A program made the translations under genes and the position numbers. This document shows, piece after piece, positions 30,627 through 39,714 of a stretch of DNA of 64,000 nt (the stretch's first letter is position 1; the number at the start of each line of letters is the position of its first letter). The notes under the pieces are model-generated. The model had not been told where the DNA came from. It did not search any database and was given only the letters and a program-made list of their open reading frames with translations. The stretch is from NCBI GenBank assembly GCA_964489445.1, contig CAZAYU010000001.1:274276-338275 (forward strand). Reading direction: 5' to 3'. The DNA comes from an uncultured Planctomycetia bacterium (lineage in GTDB: Bacteria > Omnitrophota > Gorgyraeia > Duberdicusellales > 4484-171).

Positions 30627-31946
30627 TTAACCCCTGTTTTTCTTTAAAGGTCGAGCTGGAACACCAACTACAACCGCAGAAGGCAATACATCCTTAGTAA
30701 CTACGCTTCCTGCCCCAATAATCGCCTGTTTACCAATCTTAACCGGAGAAATTAATACAGCGTTTGATCCGATAAATGCTTCTTTACCAATGCGACTCTT
30801 ATGCTTATTCTTTCCATCATAATTAGCCACTACACTTCCTGCCCCGATATTCACCCTATCTTCAACAAAGACATCACCTAAATAGCCAAAATGCTTTACC
30901 TTTACATTCTTACCTATTTGGCTACGGTTGATCTCTAAGAAATTACCTAAACAAGTATTGTTCTTGATTCTGGTTCCTTTTCTGATTCGAACAAACGGCC
31001 CCAGGGAACAATTGCTGCCAATTATAACATCTTTCTCAATAAACGTAAAGGGATAAATTACAGTATTTTTACCGATTTTTGCCCCTACTTCTATAAAAAC
31101 ATTTTGAAAGTCAACAAGTTTAACCCCTCTATTGATAAGTTCATCTAAAACCCTCTCCCTCATAACTTTACCTGCCAATAGCAAATCTTTTGGTGTATTT
31201 ACCCCTAAAACTTCCTGGGAATCTGATAAAAAATAAGCTAATAGTCCATTTTTCTCTTCATAAGCTATCTTTATCATATCCGTAAAAAAATACTCTCTTT
31301 TCTGTGCATTAATCTTAATTTTAGATAAATTCTGTGATAGATACTTGCGATTAAAACAATACATCCCGCTATTAACTTCCTCCGAAATAAAGGCTTCTCT
31401 TGAATTAATTTGTTTGCTGTTTAACTGACACTTTTCTTTAATTTCCTTAACTTTTCCGTTTGAATCACGTAAAATAGCCCCTAATGAATTTTGCTCCTGA
31501 ACGCCGGCAGTAAGTACACATCCACTGGTCTTTTTATTCAAAAAGAAAGAAATAAATTTTTTGATTGTCTTGCTGGTAATCAATGGGGCATCCCCGCATA
31601 AAATCAAAACATTCTCTCTATTTACCTTCCCTAAGGCAACTTTAACAGCATCTGCAGTTCCCAGCAGTTTTTCTTGATAAACAATCTTGATCTTCCTTGT
31701 ATCAGGAAACATCTCTTTTAATATTTTTTCTACTAAACTACCTTTATATCCCAAAACTACAACTATCTCATCAATACAGTTATTTAAAGAAAGTAAAGCC
31801 CGCAAGACATAATAGATTAAGGGATTTCCCATCAAATCATAAAGCACCTTAGGCTGGGCAGACTTCATCCTCGTTCCTTTCCCGGCAGCTAGTACTACCG
31901 CAGTAAACTTGTCTGGTGATTTAGCTACTTTAGTTTTTTTCTTCAT
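30627..31946 (-). CDS. glmU: Bifunctional UDP-GlcNAc pyrophosphorylase / glucosamine-1-phosphate acetyltransferase
   Basis: LAAGKGTRMKS, LGTADA, KHFGYLGD, NYDGKNKH. Confidence 0.93.
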   Translation of the reverse strand: MKKKTKVAKSPDKFTAVVLAAGKGTRMKSAQPKVLYDLMGNPLIYYVLRALLSLNNCIDEIVVVLGYKGSLVEKILKEMFPDTRKIKIVYQEKLLGTADAVKVALGKVNRENVLILCGDAPLITSKTIKKFISFFLNKKTSGCVLTAGVQEQNSLGAILRDSNGKVKEIKEKCQLNSKQINSREAFISEEVNSGMYCFNRKYLSQNLSKIKINAQKREYFFTDMIKIAYEEKNGLLAYFLSDSQEVLGVNTPKDLLLAGKVMRERVLDELINRGVKLVDFQNVFIEVGAKIGKNTVIYPFTFIEKDVIIGSNCSLGPFVRIRKGTRIKNNTCLGNFLEINRSQIGKNVKVKHFGYLGDVFVEDRVNIGAGSVVANYDGKNKHKSRIGKEAFIGSNAVLISPVKIGKQAIIGAGSVVTKDVLPSAVVVGVPARPLKKNRG

Positions 31947-32120
31947 TACTTTCTCCAGTGGATGTTTTAAGATACTTGAATTACTTTATCTGATATCCAC
32001 TTTAGATTTTTATTATACTGATTATTACAAACAATACAATAAGCTTTTATCTAACATTCACTATAAACTTTTGAAGTATTTTACCTCAGATTTATAAATT
32101 TTGAAATATTTTAATTACTC

Positions 32121-32738
32121 TTATTTTGCGGAAATCACCACAAAGCCACCTTCTCCGAATCCCTCTTTGGGTTTTTGCAATGATTTTATATTTTGCGGCA
32201 GATTGAATATTGTCTGCTGATATCTAATCTGTTTAAAGCCTAATTCTTCCAGCCAATCAGTTAATTGTTTTACGCTAAAGAATGTCGCTTTTTTATAAAA
32301 CAAACTTTTTTTACCTCTGTAAAATTTACCTAAAAAACTCTGTTTATCCACAATCCCTAAGATCAACTTCCCTTTTTCCTTCAAGACTCTTCTAGCTTCT
32401 GTCAATACTTTTAACGGGTCGTTCACAAAACACAAAGCAATAATTATCACTACGTAATCAAATTCATCCTGCCAAAAAGAAAGATCCTCCCCCACGCCTA
32501 AACACACACTAATTCCTCTGCGCTTGGCAATATTTATCATCTTCAGTGACGGATCAATCCCTAAGGAAATTCCTAACTTTTCCGCAAATCGGCCTGTCCC
32601 TACTCCTATTTCCAATCCTTTTTTGTTTCTTGGAACAACTTTCTTTAGCGCCTCTACTTCCGACAAATAAACAAATTCATGTTCATCATACCAACGATCA
32701 TACTGTTTATACTTAGAATCAAATACACTCATTGACAA
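32121..32738 (-). CDS. Class I SAM-dependent methyltransferase
   Basis: YDRWY, GLEIGVGTGRF, GIDPS, EGFGEGGFVV. Confidence 0.88.
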   Translation of the reverse strand: MSMSVFDSKYKQYDRWYDEHEFVYLSEVEALKKVVPRNKKGLEIGVGTGRFAEKLGISLGIDPSLKMINIAKRRGISVCLGVGEDLSFWQDEFDYVVIIIALCFVNDPLKVLTEARRVLKEKGKLILGIVDKQSFLGKFYRGKKSLFYKKATFFSVKQLTDWLEELGFKQIRYQQTIFNLPQNIKSLQKPKEGFGEGGFVVISAK

Positions 32739-32741
32739 TAT

Positions 32742-33053
32742 CTAGATTTCTCCCCACCAACCATCATAAAACTTCTGCAGATGTTTATAGAAATCTTCAC
32801 CGTAAGAATTTCGTCTAACATCTTTCTCTTTAAAAGAATACCTGTATCCGGCGCAATATGCTGATAATAAATCCTTGGAAGCAGCAATTTTTTTAAACAT
32901 TGCTTCATGCTCATGTTTTTTTGTATCATTGCATCTATCGGGATGATATTTTAGAGCAAGTTTGCGATACGCTGAATGAATTTTCTTTAAAGTGGCATAT
33001 TCACTCAACCCTAATATTTTTCTTGCTTGATCAATTTCTTTAAAATCCGCCAT
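32742..33053 (-). CDS. Small J-domain (DnaJ-type) protein
   Basis: ILGL, IHSAYRKLALKYHPD. Confidence 0.88.
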   Translation of the reverse strand: MADFKEIDQARKILGLSEYATLKKIHSAYRKLALKYHPDRCNDTKKHEHEAMFKKIAASKDLLSAYCAGYRYSFKEKDVRRNSYGEDFYKHLQKFYDGWWGEI

Positions 33054-33145
33054 TTTAAAATCCTCAGCCTACCCTTTGATATCACTTGGCATAACTTTAT
33101 CTATAAGCTTTTTTGCTTCCCAGCTTAAAAAAATCTAAGTTTCGA

Positions 33146-33349
33146 TTAAAAACAAGTAGGGCACGTACCAGTAGAACAACTCGAACCACTTTGTTTGCCA
33201 GATTTACCCATGCTAAACGTCCCAAAGGTTTTTTGAATCTTTTTACTACCGCACTTTTGGCACTTAATCAAAGATTTTTCCTGAGTTACACCTACCAATA
33301 AATCAAACTTTTCTCCGCATTGTTTACAAATATAACTATATATTGGCAT
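33146..33349 (-). CDS. FmdB-family zinc-ribbon protein
   Basis: MPIYSYICKQCG.F...CQKCGS, C-terminal CSTGTC; SD GGAG. Confidence 0.88.
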   Translation of the reverse strand: MPIYSYICKQCGEKFDLLVGVTQEKSLIKCQKCGSKKIQKTFGTFSMGKSGKQSGSSCSTGTCPTCF

Positions 33350-33488
33350 GTCCTCTCTCTCCTTTATTTATAAAATTTATTACCTCTGAAAATAGCTTCT
33401 ACTCTCGGACTTGTTCTCTATTTTCTTTGACCAAGGCAAGATTTCTCTTATCTCTTTGGCTTTTCCTATTCAAGGATTTTATTATTTC

Positions 33489-34397
33489 TTAGTCCTGCAG
33501 CTTATTCCAAATACCCTTGATCATTTCTGTGCTTTCCTCAGCGGCGTATTCAACTATTGTTTTACCATTGACCATTGCCTCTACTATTTTCTTATCGAAT
33601 CTTAATTTACCAACAAACGGAACATTTTCTCTCTGACAATAGCTTTCTATTTTTTCACTCATTTGAATATTTAAATCATACTTATTGACCATCAATTTAA
33701 CCGGCACCTTGAAATGCTTGGCAACCTTAATAACTCGATCAGCATCATGCAACCCGGAAATAGTCGGTTCAGTTACTACCAACGCACAATCTACACCGCT
33801 TAAAGAAGCAATTACCGGACAGCCAATCCCCGGTGAGCCATCAATAATTACATAATCAGCGTTGTTCATTTTAGCTATTTCTTTTGCTTTTTCTCTTACT
33901 AAGAAAACTAATTTTCCGGAATTCTCCTCAGCAATTCCTAACCGAGCATGAACCATAGGACCAAATCGAGTATCTGATACATACCATTCTCCAGATAAAT
34001 TTTCTTTCATTTCTATCGCTTGTTGTGGACAAGCAAAACTACAGAACGCACATCCTTCACAAGCCACCGGATCAACACTGTAAGCACTATTGGCCACGCC
34101 GTCTTCTAAAGCAAAATCTATAGCAAAAAACCGACATAACTTTCTACACAACCCGCATTTATTACACTTGTCTTTATCAATAAAAGCAGTTACTCCACTT
34201 CTAAATTCATGTTTTTCTTTTATTTCGGGCTTAAGCAATAAATGTAAATCCGCAGCATCAACATCACAATCAACCATAACTTTTCCGCGATGAAACAATC
34301 TATCATTATTATAATTATTAGCTAAAGCGGCAAAACTTGCCGTAATTACTGTTTTTCCTGTTCCTCCTTTCCCGCTAATAACTACAATCTGTTTCAT
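33489..34397 (-). CDS. MinD/CbiA-family P-loop ATPase with inserted 2x[4Fe-4S] ferredoxin domain
   Basis: SGKGGTGKT, DCDVDAAD, CNKCGLC..C, CEGCAFC..C, DGSPGIGCP, VTEPT. Confidence 0.9.
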   Translation of the reverse strand: MKQIVVISGKGGTGKTVITASFAALANNYNNDRLFHRGKVMVDCDVDAADLHLLLKPEIKEKHEFRSGVTAFIDKDKCNKCGLCRKLCRFFAIDFALEDGVANSAYSVDPVACEGCAFCSFACPQQAIEMKENLSGEWYVSDTRFGPMVHARLGIAEENSGKLVFLVREKAKEIAKMNNADYVIIDGSPGIGCPVIASLSGVDCALVVTEPTISGLHDADRVIKVAKHFKVPVKLMVNKYDLNIQMSEKIESYCQRENVPFVGKLRFDKKIVEAMVNGKTIVEYAAEESTEMIKGIWNKLQD

Positions 34398-34405
34398 ATT
34401 TTTCC

Positions 34406-35752
34406 TTATATTTGGCCGTTAGCATTTTCTGCCGCCAACACCACCGGATACATCGTAGGCGAGCTAGTTAAATAAGGATGAGTGGCCATTTGCAACGTTT
34501 CTAGCTCCGTAGAAGACATCCTTTTTTGGATAGCAACCCCGATTAGATTTATCATCTCCCCACAAGATATTCCTCCTATTACCTGACCGCCTAAAATAAT
34601 TCCTGATTTACGAGAAAAAATCAGTTTCACTTTAATATTACTTGCACCGGGCAAAGTGCCTGGATGTTTATCTACACCAGAAGCTACCCCGATTACTATT
34701 TCAAACCCCTCTTCTTTGGCACTATTCTCGGTTAAGCCAGCTGAACCTAAAACTAAGCCGTCAATATAAGTAGAATAAATAGCAATCGTCCCTTTATTCT
34801 CTCTAATCACTTTTAATGTGTAAAGATTAGCACCGGCAATTCTTGCTTCCGCAGTTGCGGTAGAAGCAAGCATAACCGGTATATCTCTGCGAGTATAGAA
34901 ATCCCTTTTTCCGACACAATCACCTACAGCAAGAATATCAGGATCACTCGTACGCATATACTCATCTACCCATATACCATGTTTCCTGCCCAAATCTAAT
35001 CCCGCTTCAGCTGCCAATTTAGTATTGGAAACCGCGCCCACACCCAAAATAACACTATCAATGTCTATTTCTTTACCATCAGAAAAACACACCTTTTCCA
35101 CTTTTCCATTGCCTTTAATCTCTTCTACCCGGGTACCAGTCAATACATTAACCTTGCAACTTCTAAGCTTTTCCTCAACAACTTTAGAAAATTCCGCATC
35201 AAAAGAGTTCGCTAAAAGCTGAGGAAGCGTTTCCGCTAGATAAACATTCAAGGTGCCTATTTTAGAAATCTCATCAGCAAATTCTACTCCAATAAACCCT
35301 CCTCCTAGAATTAAAACATTTTTCGCTTTTTTAATTTCAAGAATAACATTTTTTAAGTAATCCATATCCTTGTATACTGGATAAACTCCCTTCTTATCAA
35401 TCCCACGAATAGGCAACATGATCGGCGTTGAACCAATTGCTAAAACTAATTTTTCATAAGAATAATTTTGCCCGCTTTTAGTAATAACTTGTTTTTGCTC
35501 GCGGTCTATCCTAATCACCTCATCTATCACTATCCCTACGTTGTTCTTCTCCAACGCCGTATTAGCCAGTTTATTATCATCAGGATTCTTTAAGCTGGCA
35601 AACATATAAGGTATACCACAAGGAATACACCCATTACCTATGCTTTTTATCAATAAAATTTTCTTATCCGGATAATACCTTTTCGCGGTTATAGCGCTTA
35701 TTACTCCCGCAGGACCACCACCAACTACCAAAATATCTGTTTTCTTCCCCAT
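34406..35752 (-). CDS. FAD-dependent NAD(P)H oxidase / CoA-disulfide reductase family protein
   Basis: GGGPAG, PCGIPY redox Cys, GGGFIGVE, AVGDC. Confidence 0.88.
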   Translation of the reverse strand: MGKKTDILVVGGGPAGVISAITAKRYYPDKKILLIKSIGNGCIPCGIPYMFASLKNPDDNKLANTALEKNNVGIVIDEVIRIDREQKQVITKSGQNYSYEKLVLAIGSTPIMLPIRGIDKKGVYPVYKDMDYLKNVILEIKKAKNVLILGGGFIGVEFADEISKIGTLNVYLAETLPQLLANSFDAEFSKVVEEKLRSCKVNVLTGTRVEEIKGNGKVEKVCFSDGKEIDIDSVILGVGAVSNTKLAAEAGLDLGRKHGIWVDEYMRTSDPDILAVGDCVGKRDFYTRRDIPVMLASTATAEARIAGANLYTLKVIRENKGTIAIYSTYIDGLVLGSAGLTENSAKEEGFEIVIGVASGVDKHPGTLPGASNIKVKLIFSRKSGIILGGQVIGGISCGEMINLIGVAIQKRMSSTELETLQMATHPYLTSSPTMYPVVLAAENANGQI

Positions 35753-35762
35753 ACAAAACTCC

Positions 35763-36146
35763 TTATGTTGATTTCAGCATTACACATAATCCATAAATGA
35801 TTTCCATGCCGTTTCTTTTGCAAAAATCAATAACTTCAATACTTTCCGCACCCGGCTGAACCCAGATTCTGTTTATTCCCTGTTGCTTACACTCACCAAC
35901 AATGTTCAATGTAACTTTCGGGGGAGTAACAATGTTTGCAACATTAACTTCTTCGGAGATATCCCTCACATGTCGATAGCATTTCACTCCCTCAAACTCA
36001 GTTAATCCCGGATTAACCGGAAACACCTTATATCCTTTTTTGGTTAACTGTTTAAAAATGCGATAAGCATATTTTTGTTCATTTCGGAATGAGCCAAAAA
36101 CTGCAAAATTCTTTTGGCTTAAAAAATCACTAACTAAATCATCCAT
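35763..36146 (-). CDS. CoA-binding domain protein (YccU-like)
   Basis: AVFG, VFPVNP, IWVQPGAES, LCVM. Confidence 0.85.
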   Translation of the reverse strand: MDDLVSDFLSQKNFAVFGSFRNEQKYAYRIFKQLTKKGYKVFPVNPGLTEFEGVKCYRHVRDISEEVNVANIVTPPKVTLNIVGECKQQGINRIWVQPGAESIEVIDFCKRNGMEIIYGLCVMLKST

Positions 36147-36993
36147 TTTTTCCAAAATCAATTCCCGAGCATCGAAGCAATTTTCTAAATAATTCTTGAA
36201 ACTTCTGTTTGTATTCCGGCAAAGCTTCTACGATAGTTATTCCTTTTGAATAAGCAGACGCTATTTCTTTCTTAAACGGAAGCCTCATCAACACCGGGAT
36301 ACCCTGCTTAAAACAATATTCTTCTGTTTTATCATCTCCAAGATCAGAACGGTTTATTACAACACCAAAGGGAATTTTTAATTTTCTTAATACTTCAACT
36401 GCTAAAATTAGATCATTCAATCCGAAAGGCGTAGGCTCAGTAACTAAAATGCAAAAATCGCTTCCATCAATTGACGCAATTACCGGGCAAGATGTTCCCG
36501 GAGGCGCATCAATAATAGAAGTCTTGTCCTTATCTATATACTTCTTAACTGCTTTGATTAACGGCGGGGACATTGCCTGGCCAATATTTAATTTACCATG
36601 AACAAATTCTAAACCCTCTCTTTCCCCTGTTTCCAAAACACCAATTTCTTTGTTAACTTCACTAATTGCTTTTTCCGGACAAAAATAAGCACAAGAACCG
36701 CAGCCATGACATAATTCCGGAAAAACCAACACTGTATCTTTCAACAATGCTAAAGCATTGTACGCACAAACTTGCTTGCAGCGTCCACAAGCAATACACT
36801 TACTTTGATCAACCTCCGGAACGGGAATAAACACTTGTTTTTTCCCGTTAATTTTCGGTTTTACAAAAATATGCACATTGGGTTCTTCTACGTCACAATC
36901 TAAAATCTGGGTGTTGGGAATCGACAATGCTAGATTAACCGCAACTGTAGTTTTCCCGGTTCCCCCTTTTCCACTAGCAACTGAAATAATCAT
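36139..36993 (-). CDS. MinD/CbiA-family P-loop ATPase with 2x[4Fe-4S] domain (paralog of 33489-34397)
   Basis: ASGKGGTGKTT, DCDVEEPN, CIACGRC..C, CHGCGSC..CP, DAPPGTSCP, VTEPTPFG. Confidence 0.9.
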   Translation of the reverse strand: MIISVASGKGGTGKTTVAVNLALSIPNTQILDCDVEEPNVHIFVKPKINGKKQVFIPVPEVDQSKCIACGRCKQVCAYNALALLKDTVLVFPELCHGCGSCAYFCPEKAISEVNKEIGVLETGEREGLEFVHGKLNIGQAMSPPLIKAVKKYIDKDKTSIIDAPPGTSCPVIASIDGSDFCILVTEPTPFGLNDLILAVEVLRKLKIPFGVVINRSDLGDDKTEEYCFKQGIPVLMRLPFKKEIASAYSKGITIVEALPEYKQKFQELFRKLLRCSGIDFGKNG

Positions 36994-37000
36994 ATCTCTC

Positions 37001-37603
37001 TCATCGGCAGACGATTATTCCTTCCTGAAATTTACTTTTGAACTTATCCAAGGAATATTTTCTACCAGTCAAATATTTTGCTATTTCTTTTAAACCTACA
37101 TTTCCCTGATCATGTCTTTTGCCATCCTGGCGGTGAATTCTGTCAACCAACTTAAATCCCTCTTCAGTAAAATCACTTAGTACTATTTTTCCTTTTAAAC
37201 TAGCTACTCTCATTAGTTCATCAATAGCCACATACGGATTAAAAAAATGATGAATTACATTTATAGCAATAACTACATCAAATAAGTTATTTTCAAATTT
37301 CAATTTTTCGGCATTAGCAATCTGAAAATCCACATTTTTTTCTAAGCCTAAACTTTCCAAACTCAATCTAGCAATTTTTTGTTCTTCGGCAGAAATATCC
37401 ACACTGACAAAACAAAACCCCTCTCTAGCTAAAACTAAAGTTGAATAGCCTTTACCTGTGCCAATTTCTAATATTTTCCCAGAAAGTGGATAAACTTTAT
37501 GAATAATGAATTTTCTTTCTGCTTCAATATCACAACCAAATTGCTTATACTTCTCTATTCTTTTCCGATATTCTGTTTGCAGCTCTTTGGCCCTATCATT
37601 CAT
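37001..37603 (-). CDS. Class I SAM-dependent methyltransferase
   Basis: ILEIGTGKG, VDIS, FDVV, HHF. Confidence 0.85.
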   Translation of the reverse strand: MNDRAKELQTEYRKRIEKYKQFGCDIEAERKFIIHKVYPLSGKILEIGTGKGYSTLVLAREGFCFVSVDISAEEQKIARLSLESLGLEKNVDFQIANAEKLKFENNLFDVVIAINVIHHFFNPYVAIDELMRVASLKGKIVLSDFTEEGFKLVDRIHRQDGKRHDQGNVGLKEIAKYLTGRKYSLDKFKSKFQEGIIVCR

Positions 37604-37607
37604 GGAA

Positions 37608-37832
37608 TCAAACCCTAACCATTTTTGCCCCGCATTTAGGACAATTTACTAATGTGCAAGGAGTTTGCGGCTGATGAGGTACTTTAGTACCACAAGCTGC
37701 ACACACACAATCTCCACCAGGGCCCCTACCTAAAGGACCATCACTCATGTTACCAGCACCTTGCCCCCGACCTATACCTCTACCTGTCCCCGGCCCTCCT
37801 CCGAAAGGCCCTGTTCCGTCTCCTCTTGGCAT
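37608..37832 (-). CDS. Small DUF5320-like Gly/Arg-rich protein with Cys cluster
   Basis: MPRGDGTGP.G.GP.TGRG, then GPGGDCVCAACG..H...PC...CPKCG. Confidence 0.8.
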   Translation of the reverse strand: MPRGDGTGPFGGGPGTGRGIGRGQGAGNMSDGPLGRGPGGDCVCAACGTKVPHQPQTPCTLVNCPKCGAKMVRV

Positions 37833-37846
37833 AAATACCCCCTTTC

Positions 37847-38212
37847 TTAACTTGTTCCAAATTTAGAATCGACACTTGGACCGTCAGTTGTTTTAAATTC
37901 TCCTTGTTTATACTTTTCAATTACTTCTTTTACTGTTCCGGATGCACCGGTAATAATCTTGATTCCTGCCGCCTTTAAAGTCTGAAACGCGTTCGGCCCG
38001 ACATTTCCGGTAAGAACTACTTCAACTTTCTTTTCAGCAATAAGTTGACCTGATTGGATACCCGCTCCGCCTGAACTGTTGATGTTTGAATTGTTAACCG
38101 CTTCAAACTCCAATGTACCGGAATCAACAATAATAAAATATTGACATCTTCCAAACCGAGGATCAACGCTTGAATCTAAGTTGTCTCCTTGTGCAGTAAT
38201 ACAAATTTTCAT
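37847..38212 (-). CDS. NifB/NifX-family (MTH1175-like) cofactor-binding protein
   Basis: RFGRCQYF, GGAGIQ, GNVGPNAF. Confidence 0.9.
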   Translation of the reverse strand: MKICITAQGDNLDSSVDPRFGRCQYFIIVDSGTLEFEAVNNSNINSSGGAGIQSGQLIAEKKVEVVLTGNVGPNAFQTLKAAGIKIITGASGTVKEVIEKYKQGEFKTTDGPSVDSKFGTS

Positions 38213-38628
38213 CAGTTTATCTCCTTTTGTTCATGCTCACAATTATCTTCGTTGGGATGGTCGCAAGCTGTCTTTTCTGCGCCATACCCTTTTCCGGCCC
38301 CCGGATTACAAAGACTTTCCCCCCCTTGAAGCGTTCCTGACGCAACTTGTTGAGCTATTTCATCTATTTTGCCACTGATCCCCATTATTGCTTCAATTCC
38401 GCTTTCATCAAATAACATTTGAGCCCGTTGGCCCATACCGCCGGCAATAATCGCATTTACCCCTTTTTCTTTTAAAAACTGTGGGAGAAATCCCGGATGA
38501 TGCCCGGGATTATCAATAACCTCTTTGCTGATTATCTGTTTATTCTCTATTTCTAAAATCGTAAATGACGGACAACGCCCAAAATGAGCAGAAACAAAAT
38601 TACTATCTGTAGAAATCGCTACTTTCAA
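38212..38628 (-). CDS. NifB/NifX-family protein with Cys/His tail
   Basis: HFGRCPSF, NPGHHPG, IAGGMGQRA, tail CDHPNEDNCEH. Confidence 0.9.
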   Translation of the reverse strand: MKVAISTDSNFVSAHFGRCPSFTILEIENKQIISKEVIDNPGHHPGFLPQFLKEKGVNAIIAGGMGQRAQMLFDESGIEAIMGISGKIDEIAQQVASGTLQGGESLCNPGAGKGYGAEKTACDHPNEDNCEHEQKEIN

Positions 38629-38649
38629 ATTAACCCTCCTTAAAGTTCG

Positions 38650-38694
38650 GAAATAAGGGGAAAATAAAGATACACTTTATTTTCCCCTTATTTC
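38650..38694. repeat. Perfect 20-bp palindrome (REP-like hairpin)
   Basis: gaaataaggggaaaataaag-ataca-ctttattttccccttatttc. Confidence 0.75.
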
Positions 38695-38704
38695 TCTTTA
38701 CTCC

Positions 38705-39094
38705 TCATTCTCCTTCAGATCCTGAGTTAGCTTCCAGTTCTTTAATCCTTCTGGTTATCGCACTTATCTCTTCCTGCATAACTTGAGCCTCTTCTTTTAA
38801 AGCTCTAGCTTCATCCTGAGCCGACACAGCAGGTACATTATACAACGGATTTCCAGAGGAGACACCATAGCTATTAGGAGCTGCTGCTCTGCGCCATCCA
38901 AAGTTACGTCCAACCCCGCGTCCCCGGCTGAAACCTCTACCAAATCCCCTTCCATAACCAAACCCTTGGTTTGCTCCGGGAATATTGCCCACCAAATTCA
39001 TATAGCCCGGTATCGAATAGCCTGCGCAAACACCTGCTCTTCTCCCAGTCATTGGACCTGAACCCATTGGACCTGTTCTATCACCACCTGGCAT
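38705..39094 (-). CDS. DUF5320-family protein
   Basis: MPGGDRTGPMG.GPMTGR.AG.CAG, GRG repeats, C-terminal coiled coil; start set to 39094 (SD GGGGGTGA). Confidence 0.85.
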   Translation of the reverse strand: MPGGDRTGPMGSGPMTGRRAGVCAGYSIPGYMNLVGNIPGANQGFGYGRGFGRGFSRGRGVGRNFGWRRAAAPNSYGVSSGNPLYNVPAVSAQDEARALKEEAQVMQEEISAITRRIKELEANSGSEGE

Positions 39095-39107
39095 CGTAAT
39101 CACCCCC

Positions 39108-39584
39108 TTATTTTTGCATCCCCTGACACTTATCACACAACCCATAAAATTGAACAATATGTTTAATAATTTTAAAATTATACTTTCGGGAAAGCCCTTT
39201 TTCAATTCTACCCAACAACTCTGCCTCTTCATCAATAAAATCTGTATAGTCGACTACCTTCTGGCAACTTACACAAACTAAATGATGATGATGTGCCTTA
39301 TCTTTAGTTCCTCTGTTTAATTCATAGCGTGCCCGTCCATCACCAAAATCAAATCTATACACTAGTTTTAACTGTACTAATAATTCTAGAGTCCGGTATA
39401 TTGTAGATATTCCCGCTGAAGGATGAATTTTATGAACCTGATGATACACTTCTTCGGCGCTTAAATGTTTACTTGTCTGGGTGAGAACATCTAAAATTAC
39501 CTGCCGAGAAAGAGTTAGCCGATAGCCATGTCCTATAAATCTTCCCTGACATCCTCTCATACATCTACTAAACTTCCTGGGCAT
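39108..39584 (-). CDS. Fur-family transcriptional regulator
   Basis: HLSAEEV, STIYRTLELL, HHHHLVCVSC, GLCDKC. Confidence 0.92.
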   Translation of the reverse strand: MPRKFSRCMRGCQGRFIGHGYRLTLSRQVILDVLTQTSKHLSAEEVYHQVHKIHPSAGISTIYRTLELLVQLKLVYRFDFGDGRARYELNRGTKDKAHHHHLVCVSCQKVVDYTDFIDEEAELLGRIEKGLSRKYNFKIIKHIVQFYGLCDKCQGMQK

Positions 39585-39595
39585 TTATTCTCCTT

Positions 39596-39614
39596 ATTGA
39601 GAATGGTTCTCATT
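39596..39614. promoter_or_regulatory. Fur-box-like palindrome (autoregulatory operator)
   Basis: Minus strand AATGAGAACCATTCTCAAT, located between the promoter and the SD of the fur gene. Confidence 0.7.
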
Positions 39615-39622
39615 ACCAATAA

Positions 39623-39651
39623 AATATACCATTTCTTTTTCCTCTTGTCAA
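39623..39651 (-). promoter_or_regulatory. Sigma70 promoter of the fur-led operon
   Basis: TTGACA-N17-TATATT with extended -10 TG. Confidence 0.75.
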
Positions 39652-39714
39652 CAAGATAAATAAGGAATAAATTTCCTTAGCAGATTACGCTTATCTAGCC
39701 TCTTAATAGATATC

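Noticed and set aside
37847-38628. Nitrogen fixation cluster suggested by NifB/NifX-like genes
   Set aside because: No nifHDK/nifEN or NifB radical SAM domain in the window; stand-alone NifX-like proteins are common in non-diazotrophic anaerobes
39095-39235. N-terminal extension of the DUF5320 ORF
   Set aside because: Overlaps fur; the family-typical start MPGGD at 39094 has its own SD
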